Of a stretch of DNA of 32,000 nt, positions 22,990 through 32,000 are shown one piece after another. This stretch comes from Acaryochloris marina MBIC11017. GTDB taxonomy: Bacteria; Cyanobacteriota; Cyanobacteriia; Thermosynechococcales; Thermosynechococcaceae. The notes beneath the pieces are model-generated. The model saw only the letters and a program-made list of their open reading frames with translations, was not told where the DNA came from and ran no database searches. A program made the position numbers and the translations under genes. Within the stretch, counting starts at the first letter, position 1; every line of letters starts with the position of its first letter. The stretch lies in contig NC_009927.1 of assembly GCF_000018105.1 (NCBI RefSeq), positions 210,001 through 242,000 of the forward strand. Direction: 5' to 3'.

Positions 22990-23273
22990 GCTTCAGGTAG
23001 CTACTGCAATCGTGTAAACCTTGAGAGTTGATTCTTCAAGACTTACATGAGATCGACGTATGACTGAATAAAAGACAAGAATGTTTTCAGTTAAATAAAT
23101 GTATGTATTTGATGTTTTATACCCCATATCTATAACGATTTCAAACCTTTGACATAAATTTGTGAAAATCAATGAACATATAGAGGAGTGAATGTCATAA
23201 ATTTATAGATTTTATATAAATAAAGTGTAAAGTAGATTTAATTGGCCCTTTAAAGCGTTATTTTGGCCGAAAA

Positions 23274-24638
23274 ATGGAATTTGAAAAAGCTAAAAGCTAT
23301 ATTAACGAGCTATCCCTCATTAAATGGGGAAAGAAGTTGGGTTTACCCGGTGAGATTGCTATTCAAGCAGCTTGGGAAGGTATTACGATTGCTCAAGCTA
23401 TTAAGGATCACCCGTTAGGCGCATCAACGAGTGAAGGATATGTTTCTTGTCGAGTGGGGCCAGACCTTTGGAAACTACTATCTCAAGAACTGGGTATAGA
23501 GGTAAAAAAGAAGAACTTACGTCTCGTCTTTGAAGAACTAGATCAGCAGGGTATGTTTGCCACTACCACTAGCGATCCCACTCCAGAACAAGAAGGCACT
23601 AAAAAAACTTCACAGCAAATAGATAACACAACATCTATAACAACTGCCCTAGGTCACCACCCCCCAAAAGTCCCTCACTTTTACGGGAGAGATGAAGACT
23701 TTCTACAACTGTCTACCACACTAGCCCAGAACCGTTTTGTAGCCTTAATTGGTGCTGCAGGAATTGGTAAGAGCGCGTTGGCCTCTATCTACGTGCAGCG
23801 CATGAACTCAAAACCTCAACCTGATTTTAAGAAAATCATATGGATGTCGCTGCATCACGGACAGACAGTTAGTGGGCTAATGGAGTTTCACTTCAAGGAG
23901 TGTGAATTTACAGCTTTGATTCAAGAACTTAGCTGTCTATTTGTAATTGACTGTGGCCCTGTAGAGTTTGAGGAGGATAAAAATTTTCAGGCTATAGCTC
24001 AGCAATTCTGTGTTGGAAGACATCAAAGCACTCTGTTGATTCTTAGCCGCAACACTGTGAGATCTGTTCAACAATTAGCCAGAATTCAAAGACCAGCAGC
24101 AACAATCAAACTAAGTGGATTACCCGATAAAGATGCACTCCGAATTCTTAAGGAACAAGGGATTCAAGGTGAATCGGATTGCAAGAAATTAATCAAATCC
24201 TATCGGGGAAATCCTCAGCTCCTTCTACTAGCAGCAGAACGTATCAATCGATTTTGTGGTGGCAAGCTTGTTGAGTCCTTTATGCTGCATAAAACATCAT
24301 TTGCCAGTGATTATGTCAGACGAGTGATTCAGGAATACAGAATGCAAGAACTGACACCGACTGAACAAAGAATACTAGATATATTGATCCAGTCAGACAA
24401 TGATGCTCCCAGGTGGATTACGTTTAGTGAATTAATGATGGAACTATCTTCTGGTGGGGGTAATGCTTCAATGTCAGAGTTGATTGAAGTTTTAGAGAAG
24501 TGGGAAGGAATGTCATTGATTGAATCTGACAACGACCAGAACACTGGAGAAGCAACGTTTATGCTTCCCCCGACCACTCGCAAGGTACTCATGCGGAATA
24601 CTCTGAACAGCCTTGTTTCATTTTCGCAGCCTGCATGA
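23274..24638 (+). CDS. STAND (NB-ARC-like) P-loop NTPase with an N-terminal HTH-like domain and no C-terminal repeat sensor
   Basis: 454 aa. The N-terminus AAWEGITIAQAIKDHPLGASTSEGYVSCRVGPDLWKLLSQELGIEVKKKNLRLVFEEL matches a domain I recall at the N-termini of cyanobacterial NACHT/WD40 proteins. FYGRDEDF precedes Walker A LIGAAGIGKSALA, and Walker B is CLFVIDCGP. The stop overlaps the next start (ATGA). Confidence 0.65.
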   Translation: MEFEKAKSYINELSLIKWGKKLGLPGEIAIQAAWEGITIAQAIKDHPLGASTSEGYVSCRVGPDLWKLLSQELGIEVKKKNLRLVFEELDQQGMFATTTSDPTPEQEGTKKTSQQIDNTTSITTALGHHPPKVPHFYGRDEDFLQLSTTLAQNRFVALIGAAGIGKSALASIYVQRMNSKPQPDFKKIIWMSLHHGQTVSGLMEFHFKECEFTALIQELSCLFVIDCGPVEFEEDKNFQAIAQQFCVGRHQSTLLILSRNTVRSVQQLARIQRPAATIKLSGLPDKDALRILKEQGIQGESDCKKLIKSYRGNPQLLLLAAERINRFCGGKLVESFMLHKTSFASDYVRRVIQEYRMQELTPTEQRILDILIQSDNDAPRWITFSELMMELSSGGGNASMSELIEVLEKWEGMSLIESDNDQNTGEATFMLPPTTRKVLMRNTLNSLVSFSQPA

Positions 24639-26350
24639 TGAAATTTTGTATTAGCCCATGGTGTTCTCAGAGACAAAATCCAGACGAGGCCGAGATTTGT
24701 CAATCCTGCGGAACACCCCTGCTAATTAATGATCGGATTCGGTTGATTCGTCCTTTGCGGGAATTAGTGGATTTGATCCCCTCAGAGGTCTTTGAGGTAG
24801 AGGATATAACCGGGTCGTATGCAATTCCTCCTGGCCGACGAGTTCTCAAAACCCTGAGAACAGTGGATGCTAAACGAGTCGAAATGATGGAGCGGGAAGT
24901 CAGGGCGCTTCAGATGCTCAATCATCCAGGGATTCCAAAAGCGGACCTGGGTGATTTTTTTGAGTTTCAACCAAATTCGGGGTTCCCTTTGTACTGCATC
25001 CTGATGACCAAGCTAGAGGGTCAAGATCTGGATAAGTGGATTGAAGAGAATGGACGCATCTCTCAAGAAAAAGCCTTAGATTGGCTGAAGCAATTGTTTG
25101 AGCTGCTGCATGAGGTCCATGATTGCGGCTTCTTTCATCGGGACATCAAGCCATCGAATATCCTTCTCAAAGAAGATGGAACACTCGCTCTGATTGATTT
25201 TGGTGGTGTAAGAGAAGTCACAGATACCTACCTTGCTAAGCTTTCTGGAACCGGTGAACCCACTGGTTTTGACAAAGAGCATGAAATCACAATCGTACGC
25301 ACTCCAATGTTTTCGCCGCCTGAACAGGTTAATGGTCGGGCTATCCCTCAATCAGACTTCTATGCAGTCGGTCGTACCTTTGTAGTGCTGGTGACTGGAC
25401 TAGATTTATTCGATATCCCTCTAGATGACGATAACAAAAAATTGCTTTGGAGGAAGAAGGCACCTCATATCGATCCACCTCTGGCTGATTTTCTGGATAA
25501 GTTAATGAGTCTATCGCCTAAGCAACGGCCAAAAACAACGGGCGATATTTTAGATCAGCTCAATCAACTTCCCAAACGCATCCGTTGGCATCGTCGCGTT
25601 AAATCAGTACCATTTCGACTTAGCGCAATACTACTAACCATTCTGGTTGTAGTTGGCTTGTTTCAAGGTGGCAAGATCGGTCTTTCTAGATATTTTTTTA
25701 GAATGGCGGGTGAGAGTGAAGGGAGAAATGATTTAGAGGCCGCCAAACAAAACTATAAACTCGCCGTTCAATTTGATCCAGGTGATTATGCAGCCTACAA
25801 CAACTTGGCGGCAGTCTGTCAACTATTGAAAAAATACCCCTGTGCGATTGAAAATTACAAAAAAGCCCTCCAACTTAAACCGAATAATGAAGTCGTTTTT
25901 TATAACATAGCGAGTATTTATGATGATGCTCAAGACTTCACGGAGGCGCGTTTCTATTATCAGAAATCAATTGAGGCTAGCCAGGGAAAATTTGTCGCTG
26001 CTATTAACAACGTGGCAAGGTTAGATATTCTAGACGATCAACCACGAAAAGCTGTAAAAAGTATTTCTCCAGCACTCAAAAAAGTCGAGAATATTCGGAC
26101 TAAAGCATCCTTGTACAAAAACCTAGGATGGGCATATTTCCAACTGGAACAATATAAGAAATCCGTCGTCAACTTAGAAAAAAGCGTTGAAATAGAGGCA
26201 AATGAAGCCAGCACCCAATGTCTACTCGCTAAAGCTAAGAACCAATTGAATTTGCCATCTAAATCGAATTTACAATTGTGCTTGTTCTTAAGTTCTGAAT
26301 TACCAGAAGTTTGGACATGGAAACAGGAATTTGTTGATCGACTGGAATGA
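24635..26350 (+). CDS. Zn-ribbon, Hanks-type Ser/Thr protein kinase, TM helix and TPR-repeat protein
   Basis: 571 aa. The Zn-ribbon is CISPWCSQ...CQSCGTPL. Kinase motifs are RVLKTL (Lys), HRDIKPSNILL, IDFGGV and SPPEQ. The TM helix is FRLSAILLTILVVVGLF. TPR-like repeats follow (AYNNLAAVCQLLKKYPCAIENYKKALQLKPNN...). Confidence 0.8.
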   Translation: MMKFCISPWCSQRQNPDEAEICQSCGTPLLINDRIRLIRPLRELVDLIPSEVFEVEDITGSYAIPPGRRVLKTLRTVDAKRVEMMEREVRALQMLNHPGIPKADLGDFFEFQPNSGFPLYCILMTKLEGQDLDKWIEENGRISQEKALDWLKQLFELLHEVHDCGFFHRDIKPSNILLKEDGTLALIDFGGVREVTDTYLAKLSGTGEPTGFDKEHEITIVRTPMFSPPEQVNGRAIPQSDFYAVGRTFVVLVTGLDLFDIPLDDDNKKLLWRKKAPHIDPPLADFLDKLMSLSPKQRPKTTGDILDQLNQLPKRIRWHRRVKSVPFRLSAILLTILVVVGLFQGGKIGLSRYFFRMAGESEGRNDLEAAKQNYKLAVQFDPGDYAAYNNLAAVCQLLKKYPCAIENYKKALQLKPNNEVVFYNIASIYDDAQDFTEARFYYQKSIEASQGKFVAAINNVARLDILDDQPRKAVKSISPALKKVENIRTKASLYKNLGWAYFQLEQYKKSVVNLEKSVEIEANEASTQCLLAKAKNQLNLPSKSNLQLCLFLSSELPEVWTWKQEFVDRLE

Positions 26351-26409
26351 TAAAACTAAATATAGTAAGATATCTTAAAAATTTATTTTAGAAAAAATTT
26401 TTATATTAA

Positions 26410-27321
26410 ATGTACTCATTCAAAAAAGTCTTTTTAGCGTTGTTCGTATTATTCTCTTTTTGTAGAATATCTGAGACTGCTTACGCTGAAACTGGGGAAA
26501 CTCCGTCCCAGGCTAACCGGTGTCTTACAACGGTGGCACGGATCCTCTCGTCGGGTGATCAACGCCATGCTAAGGGACGTTTGCTTTGTCCTGGGGATCA
26601 GGTCCGCCCGATTGCAGGCAAACAAACGCTCGTTCTATGCCATAACGGCAAGTCCCTTACAAAAGGTAAAGAGGGGGAAGTGGGCCGTCTCTGTTCTTCT
26701 GGTCCGAAAAGACTTCAGCAAAAAGGCCGCTTGAGATTTCTAAAGTCACGGGGGACAACGGACAAAGAAGGGAAATTAAGCATTGTTCAGCCTTTAGGGA
26801 CCATGATCATGCAACTTCGCCCTGATTTTGCATGGAAACCCGTGAAGGGAAGCACCCACTATGAAGTGACCCTTCAAGGCCCAAACAGTAAGTGGGAGCA
26901 GAAAGTGACTTCAGGGCATCGTCTAAACTATCCCAAAAGTTGGCCTGCATTAGAATATGGCAAAGCATATTATGTGACAGTTTACGCCTATCAAAACGAG
27001 AAAATTATTGGTTCAGATCGGACAAAGCTCAATCTCCTGTATGAAGAAGAAATCAGCTTGGTTAATGAGGCCGTTGCGGCAATTCACCAACTCTCCTTAT
27101 CTCCAGTCGAGGCAGCGAAAGAGCTAGATGCTGTTTATATGTCTTTCAAACTATTGGATCAATCGATTGGGGTTCTACAAAACCTGAAAGACAGTGGACA
27201 GAGTAATTCTCAACTTAATCGATTACTGGGTGATCGTTATTACCAAGTCGGGCAACCTGAGCTTGCACCCAGAGCGGAAGAAGCTCAACTCCCGACCAGT
27301 ATGAAGTTACCCCAAAAATAA
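26410..27321 (+). CDS. Secreted protein, DUF928-like
   Basis: 303 aa with signal peptide MYSFKKVFLALFVLFSFCRISETAYA. The core PDFAWKPV...HYEVTLQGP...LNYPKSWPALEYGKAYYVTVYA resembles the DUF928 pattern (PtFxW ... Y.f.L ... LP...p.Le.Gk.Y.W) as I remember it. It sits beside CHAT and TpsA-like genes, a neighbourhood I recall as recurrent in cyanobacteria. Confidence 0.4.
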   Translation: MYSFKKVFLALFVLFSFCRISETAYAETGETPSQANRCLTTVARILSSGDQRHAKGRLLCPGDQVRPIAGKQTLVLCHNGKSLTKGKEGEVGRLCSSGPKRLQQKGRLRFLKSRGTTDKEGKLSIVQPLGTMIMQLRPDFAWKPVKGSTHYEVTLQGPNSKWEQKVTSGHRLNYPKSWPALEYGKAYYVTVYAYQNEKIIGSDRTKLNLLYEEEISLVNEAVAAIHQLSLSPVEAAKELDAVYMSFKLLDQSIGVLQNLKDSGQSNSQLNRLLGDRYYQVGQPELAPRAEEAQLPTSMKLPQK

Positions 27322-29678
27322 GGGTGCCAATAGTCTTTAGATGCCAATAATTTTAACTGAGCTTGTTGCAAAGCTTGAGCCTTGGATCGCCCCTCCTTCA
27401 GGCCCTGATAAAACGCTGTAATCAATTCAGTCGTTGCTCGTGACTCCGCTAACCAGAGAGACGCTAGGGTATTTTTTGATCCAGCTTGAATGGCTAATCC
27501 AGTAATACCGAGTGCAGATCGCCTATCTCCTTTAGCAGTCTCACAAGCACTGAGAATAAGTAGTTCCAGTGTGGCTTGACCCAGCTCACTTTTCTGGTTG
27601 ATTAAATCATGAAACTGTTGAGCATTAATCGGTTCGTTGTAGGCCAGGAGAAAAGTTTTCTGAGGATCTGAGCTAAATTGCCCGTGGCTAGCTATATGGA
27701 TGATGGGGGTTTCTTGGTAAATTGCCGCTTTCAAACGATCCGCCGTGAAATCACGATTGACGAGAGAGGTGAATCTCTGGGAAATCTGCTTAACTTCTCG
27801 TAGTTCCTCATCAACTTCAGGTAGGGCGGGTAGGCCCTTGGGAACATCGGGTGAATTAAAGCTAGGAGATTCTTGAGATAGCCCTGCAAATAAGACATTG
27901 AGCGACTTAAGACTCTTGGGTTTTCTGGTTTGTAGATAGGTATTGAGGGAATTCGTGACGCTGTAATTCTGGATTAAATACCCTTGACCATCGTGGAGCA
28001 GGCTTAAGGGAAGGTTTTGAAACTTGCTATCGAGGACAAAGAGTAAATCACCTGTAGGGGGTAGGTGATCACTAAGGGGGGCAATCAGCTCACTGTAGAG
28101 AATCTGTGCATTCCTCAAAAAATGGGCTTCAGAAATTTCTTCCACGGAATCCCCATCAAAGAGGGTTAGCAGTTTAAATAACTCCTGCTGAACGATGGTT
28201 GAATCAGGCTGGTGCCGATAGATGCCCTCTGGAGTTTGAGCAATGATTTCTATTTGACCATTGAGATCCAAGATATGGATTGTGGCACTGTAGGACGCCA
28301 GCTGTTCACTAGATTGAGCCAAGAGCTTCCCGCATTTTAGATAGTTCTCAAGCTCAGCGACTTGAAGCTGTTGGTGGGTATCCAAGACAAGCTGATAACT
28401 TGGAGTGGGAGAAGAAAGTAGAAGCTTGATGTATTCCTGGTAAACAGGCTCAACACTGTTCTTGTAGCTGAACTGAAGATCTGAACTCGCGGAGATCAAC
28501 ATCGTTCGCACCTGATCCAGGTGACTGATCGTGGTATTGTAAGCTGCGATCGCATGGGTTCGCTGGCCGGATTGTTGGTATATCTGCGCGAGCTGCCAAG
28601 ACCATTGATAGGCAAGGCTATCGTCATTGGAAGACTGAGCGAGTTTCAAGGCTTTACTAAAGACCTTCTTTGCATCCCCTAATTGTTCAGATTCTAGATA
28701 GATTTTGCCGAGGGTTCCAAAGGCTTGGGATCTTAAACTGGAATCTTGCAGTAATTTGGCCCTATCAAGGGCTGATCTAGCGTGGTGAAATGCCTCTCTA
28801 GTCATTCCTTGTTCGTTGAGTAGCCCACTCAACTTAAGTTCGAGATTGACCGCATCCACCTCATGAAATTGGCTGAAATCAGTTGAGGCTAAATTACTGA
28901 TATAAGGCTGAATGAGGTGTTGGGATTGCTGATATACAGGGCTTAAATTAGACGACTTGACTGTTTTGAGATGTTGGATTAGTTGAAGGTTATTTAGTTG
29001 AGCATGGACCCGATGAGAAGGTATAGAGTCAAGGCTTGTGTATAAGGAAATCGCTTCTAAAGCCTTTTCCTGGGCTGTATTGATGGCCGTCGCTTCACTG
29101 GTCGGATCAGCCGTCAATGAGAGTTGATTAATCGCGTCTTTGTATTGGGATTGGTAGCTATTGGCGAGACTGAGTATAATATCGGGGTGGCTAGGATCTA
29201 AGGTGGTAGCTCGTTTGAGAACCGTAACTGAGGACTCAAGCTGACCAAGCAGTTGAAGATTGTTGCCCAAATTTTGAAGAGCAGCAAGTTGTTGTTCCGG
29301 TGCCAAACCCAGCTTATCCAAGTCTGGAATGGAGAGGGAATTATTCGATGGTCTCTGGCAAATTTCGCGGTTTAAGGTTAGGACTTCAGTTAAAACGGTA
29401 CAGGCTCGATGATATTGTCCCAATCGTTTTAGGGCAATACTTTGGTTGATCAAAGCACCGTTAAAGCCATTGGAGTGCTGGGCATCTTCATAGACTGATT
29501 CTGCATTCTGAAAACGCTTTAGAGCTTTTTGAGGTTGATTGGTATTGAGATATTGCAAGCCTTCTTGAATAAGACTGTCTCCCTGCTGGATTGTGGGGGA
29601 GGAGGTGACAGCCGTGGCTTGATATGGACTAGAAACCAATAAAAGCAGACTGAGAACTTGATAAGGGTTGAGTTTCAT
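27285..29678 (-). CDS. Secreted TPR-repeat CHAT-domain (caspase-like) protease
   Basis: 797 aa with signal peptide MKLNPYQVLSLLLLVSSPYQATA. Multiple TPR-like repeats are present. The C-terminal CHAT region carries the His/Cys dyad contexts IIHIASHGQF and LLILSACETAKGD. The start lies 12 nt after the stop of the upstream exoprotein gene. Confidence 0.8.
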   Translation of the reverse strand: MKLNPYQVLSLLLLVSSPYQATAVTSSPTIQQGDSLIQEGLQYLNTNQPQKALKRFQNAESVYEDAQHSNGFNGALINQSIALKRLGQYHRACTVLTEVLTLNREICQRPSNNSLSIPDLDKLGLAPEQQLAALQNLGNNLQLLGQLESSVTVLKRATTLDPSHPDIILSLANSYQSQYKDAINQLSLTADPTSEATAINTAQEKALEAISLYTSLDSIPSHRVHAQLNNLQLIQHLKTVKSSNLSPVYQQSQHLIQPYISNLASTDFSQFHEVDAVNLELKLSGLLNEQGMTREAFHHARSALDRAKLLQDSSLRSQAFGTLGKIYLESEQLGDAKKVFSKALKLAQSSNDDSLAYQWSWQLAQIYQQSGQRTHAIAAYNTTISHLDQVRTMLISASSDLQFSYKNSVEPVYQEYIKLLLSSPTPSYQLVLDTHQQLQVAELENYLKCGKLLAQSSEQLASYSATIHILDLNGQIEIIAQTPEGIYRHQPDSTIVQQELFKLLTLFDGDSVEEISEAHFLRNAQILYSELIAPLSDHLPPTGDLLFVLDSKFQNLPLSLLHDGQGYLIQNYSVTNSLNTYLQTRKPKSLKSLNVLFAGLSQESPSFNSPDVPKGLPALPEVDEELREVKQISQRFTSLVNRDFTADRLKAAIYQETPIIHIASHGQFSSDPQKTFLLAYNEPINAQQFHDLINQKSELGQATLELLILSACETAKGDRRSALGITGLAIQAGSKNTLASLWLAESRATTELITAFYQGLKEGRSKAQALQQAQLKLLASKDYWHPYFWGNFILVGS

Positions 29679-29690
29679 ATTGTTAAAGGC

Positions 29691-32000
29691 TCAGGTCTTG
29701 TCACAGGTTGCAGCTTGGGATGCAATTCGGGTTGTTTGGTCTTGATGCTCCGCGATGAGGACAAGCTTTCCATCAATCTTTTGCCAGCCAATAGCCTCTT
29801 GAATGACGGGGAGATCTGGAGCGGTCTGGTTGCCCTCAGAGTTAGATGCCAATTGCATCTGAGAAGCATTCCACGGGACATCAGTGGTAGCGATATCATG
29901 GGCTTTTGCCTTTTGGTTTCCTGGCCCCAAGACAACAAACGAGCTGCGCCCTTGGGTTGGATTGCAAGCTGAGACGACTTTCGGTGAACGTTCAACATTA
30001 GGAGCGGCTGAAGTTGTCTCTTCAGCATCAGTTCGTTGAGTGTTCACAGTAACAGAACCCTCTTGTTGAGTTCCAGAAGCTGATGTTGCAGTTATTTTTG
30101 TATCAGGTGAAAGAAAAAGTCCTACTGTATTAATCTGAATATTTCCACCTCTGTTATTAATTGCATTAGCTGAAATGTTATTGCTCCCAAGCCCTACAAA
30201 GACATCAGCATCAATCTGTATATTGCCACCAGGGCCATCACCCTTAGCTGAAGCAGAAATAGTCCCATTATTGAGTAGCAGGAAATTGGATAGTAACTGA
30301 ATGTTTCCACCATTACCTAAAGCAGTAGCTAGTAACGATGCATTGTCTACTTGAATATTCTGAGCCTGAAGAGAAATATTTCCAGCATCATTTGGTCCGT
30401 CATTCCGAACGTTCACTCTGCCACTATCTTTAACCAAGATAGAGTTTGCTGTGATGCGAATGGATCCGGGTTCGCCAGTTGGTATATCTGGTAATTGAAA
30501 AAGTGCCCGAAAAAACTCGTTCGTTCTTTCAGAAGAAGATATTATTTGGCTACTATCACGGAAGTCATCGCTTCCTGGGATTTTTCCTTGTAATATCAAA
30601 CTGCCCTGAACATCAATTTCGATATTTCCTGCATCGCCACTATTGGTAGTTGTTGAGTTAATTCTTCCCCCATCAACGATAGTTAGATTGTCCACTTTGA
30701 GGAAAATATTACCTGCATCACCAGGGGAAACAGTAGTAGTACCGATAAAACTAGGATTGAATGATAAGGGTAAATCTGGGCCAATACTAATTGGAGATCC
30801 CCCAGAAATGGATATATCATCAAAAGTGACTTTTATGTCACCTGTATCCCCAAGTGACAAAGGACTGGAAGAAGTAGTACTTGAGGAGATAAACCCTCCA
30901 CCAGTGATAGTTAGCTGACGGCCTTGACCTTTAATGCCCCCTGCATTTCCATTCGTTGTCAAAGATGTAATGGAGCTAGGCCGAAAATTCAACGGAATAG
31001 GTGATGTTCCATCAATCAAGAGTGAGTTATCAATGGAAAAGTCTATTTTTCCTCCAGTTCCACCTGCAAAATTAAATGAATTAATAAATCCATAGCTAGT
31101 CAACACACCATTTTGTGAAGAAACTTTGATATTTGGACCTGTATAGCTTGAAAAATTTTGAGATACAATTCCACCATATGGGACAGTACCATCAGATAGT
31201 GAAACTGTTAATGCGGCTGGATCTTGCACTCCCTGAATGACTAAATCACCAGAAAGGTTAATATTGATTTGACTGTTATTATTGCTTGAATAGTTAGAAC
31301 TGATTACAAGCGATTGATCATTGATAAGTAAGTTTTTACCACGGATAAATATATTCCCTGATGGTGATCCTGTCGCAGTCAATAATGATTTATTTGATAA
31401 AGTGACATCGGCAAAGTGAACAATCTTTTCATCGTTAAATTGAAACCCTGTAGGATCGAGTGATATACCTACTTCTCCTTCATCAACACTACTCAACACT
31501 AAATTTCCTGATGGTGATGCCACAACACCACCATTAAATATAATATTCCTTCCAACAAAAGCTAAAGTTTGATTTGGAGTTTGGAAGGGAATGGATAACG
31601 GGGAGTCAACAATAGGGCTTCCAGCAGGCAATGGGTTAGCTCTTTGTAGGGAATTCCCTGTGCCCTGGATTGTAATAGATCCTGATGAAGAATCTATGCT
31701 TAAACTTACAGGTAGACTTTTACTTAATAAAGAGATTTCATTAATAGAATTTAGATCAAGTTTTTTGCCATCAAGAAAATCTATTCTATTTGCAGTAGTT
31801 GCAATAAATGATCCACCAAGACTTAACTGGCTGCGTGGACCAAAGATAATCCCATTAGGGTTGATAAGGAATAAGTTTGCTGCTCCATTCGCTTGCAATG
31901 TACCGTTAATATTAGACATTGAAGTTCCTGTAATTCTGGCAAGAATATTTTGGATACTAATATCATTCAAAAAATGGGCTGTCCGATGTGATGGCACAGA
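29691..32000 (-). CDS. TpsA-type (filamentous haemagglutinin-like) beta-helical exoprotein; N-terminus off the right edge
   Basis: The frame is open to the window edge, so the track's GTG at 31997 is an artefact. The TPS-domain segment is IQNILARITGTSMSNINGTLQANGAANLFLINPNGIIFGP (NPNGI motif). Degenerate beta-helix repeats follow (GDAGNI, GGNIQI, ...). The C-terminus is of the C...SSFVVLG...EAIGWQKIDGKLVL type I recall from cyanobacterial homologs. Confidence 0.8.
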   Translation of the reverse strand, partial: SVPSHRTAHFLNDISIQNILARITGTSMSNINGTLQANGAANLFLINPNGIIFGPRSQLSLGGSFIATTANRIDFLDGKKLDLNSINEISLLSKSLPVSLSIDSSSGSITIQGTGNSLQRANPLPAGSPIVDSPLSIPFQTPNQTLAFVGRNIIFNGGVVASPSGNLVLSSVDEGEVGISLDPTGFQFNDEKIVHFADVTLSNKSLLTATGSPSGNIFIRGKNLLINDQSLVISSNYSSNNNSQININLSGDLVIQGVQDPAALTVSLSDGTVPYGGIVSQNFSSYTGPNIKVSSQNGVLTSYGFINSFNFAGGTGGKIDFSIDNSLLIDGTSPIPLNFRPSSITSLTTNGNAGGIKGQGRQLTITGGGFISSSTTSSSPLSLGDTGDIKVTFDDISISGGSPISIGPDLPLSFNPSFIGTTTVSPGDAGNIFLKVDNLTIVDGGRINSTTTNSGDAGNIEIDVQGSLILQGKIPGSDDFRDSSQIISSSERTNEFFRALFQLPDIPTGEPGSIRITANSILVKDSGRVNVRNDGPNDAGNISLQAQNIQVDNASLLATALGNGGNIQLLSNFLLLNNGTISASAKGDGPGGNIQIDADVFVGLGSNNISANAINNRGGNIQINTVGLFLSPDTKITATSASGTQQEGSVTVNTQRTDAEETTSAAPNVERSPKVVSACNPTQGRSSFVVLGPGNQKAKAHDIATTDVPWNASQMQLASNSEGNQTAPDLPVIQEAIGWQKIDGKLVLIAEHQDQTTRIASQAATCDKT

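Noticed and set aside
29658-30028. ORFs 29658..29972(+) and 29675..30028(-) at the CHAT/TpsA junction
   Set aside because: Both overlap the 3' end of the 768+-aa exoprotein frame, whose C-terminal motif pattern is family-typical. The alternatives have no support.
31995-32000. GTG start at 31997 for the exoprotein ORF
   Set aside because: The frame is open to the window edge. The TPS domain normally begins about 60 or more residues upstream with a signal peptide, so the start is an edge artefact.
1-32000. tRNA, rRNA, tmRNA, integrase, transposase or IS ends
   Set aside because: I read through the intergenic regions (2776-2856, 9625-9835, 12636-12724, 13445-13977, 15709-16060, 19808-20334, 21601-21767, 22074-22369, 22921-23273, 26351-26409). 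I found no cloverleaf-like or rRNA-like sequence and no DDE or tyrosine/serine-recombinase motifs in any ORF. tRNAscan/Infernal would be the decisive check.

Overview
The window reads as part of a cyanobacterial conjugative plasmid or ICE backbone. Three HIP1 sites (GCGATCGC) are present, and spot counts put the backbone near 50% G+C.

- **1-9802 (minus):** a translationally coupled type IV secretion operon. It encodes a VirB2/TrbC-like pilin, a VirB3-VirB4 fusion ATPase, a secreted coiled-coil protein, a VirB6/TrbL-like polytopic protein, a small membrane protein, two tandem VirB8-like paralogs, and a VirB10/TrbI-like protein that runs off the left edge.
- **9836-12635:** a secreted protein, a sigma-70 family factor with a long C-terminal extension, and a tandemly duplicated gene junction with remnants.
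- **12640-16060:** a strongly AT-rich islet. It carries a 2-TM protein and a 576-aa protein fusing a PNP/MTAN-type nucleosidase domain to a sigma region-4-like HTH. This is my top candidate for an undescribed conflict or addiction module.
- **16061-19807:** a Zn-ribbon/Toprim/P-loop Rep (primase-helicase type).
- **20335-22990:** a second paralogous sigma factor and two small paralogous ORFs. All share a reiterated 5' cassette: an ATG ATA GG start, an SD-sequestering hairpin, and a terminator-like hairpin plus T-run on the opposite strand. This suggests FinP-like cis-antisense RNAs. An XRE-type HTH gene converges on one of the small ORFs.
- **23274-32000:** a sensor-less STAND NTPase translationally coupled to a Zn-ribbon/Ser-Thr kinase/TM/TPR protein. 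It is followed by a DUF928-like secreted protein, a TPR-CHAT protease, and a TpsA-type beta-helical exoprotein whose 5' end is off the right edge.

I recognised no rRNA, tRNA, CRISPR array, transposase, integrase, relaxase or coupling protein. All family assignments come from motifs read by eye, not from searches.
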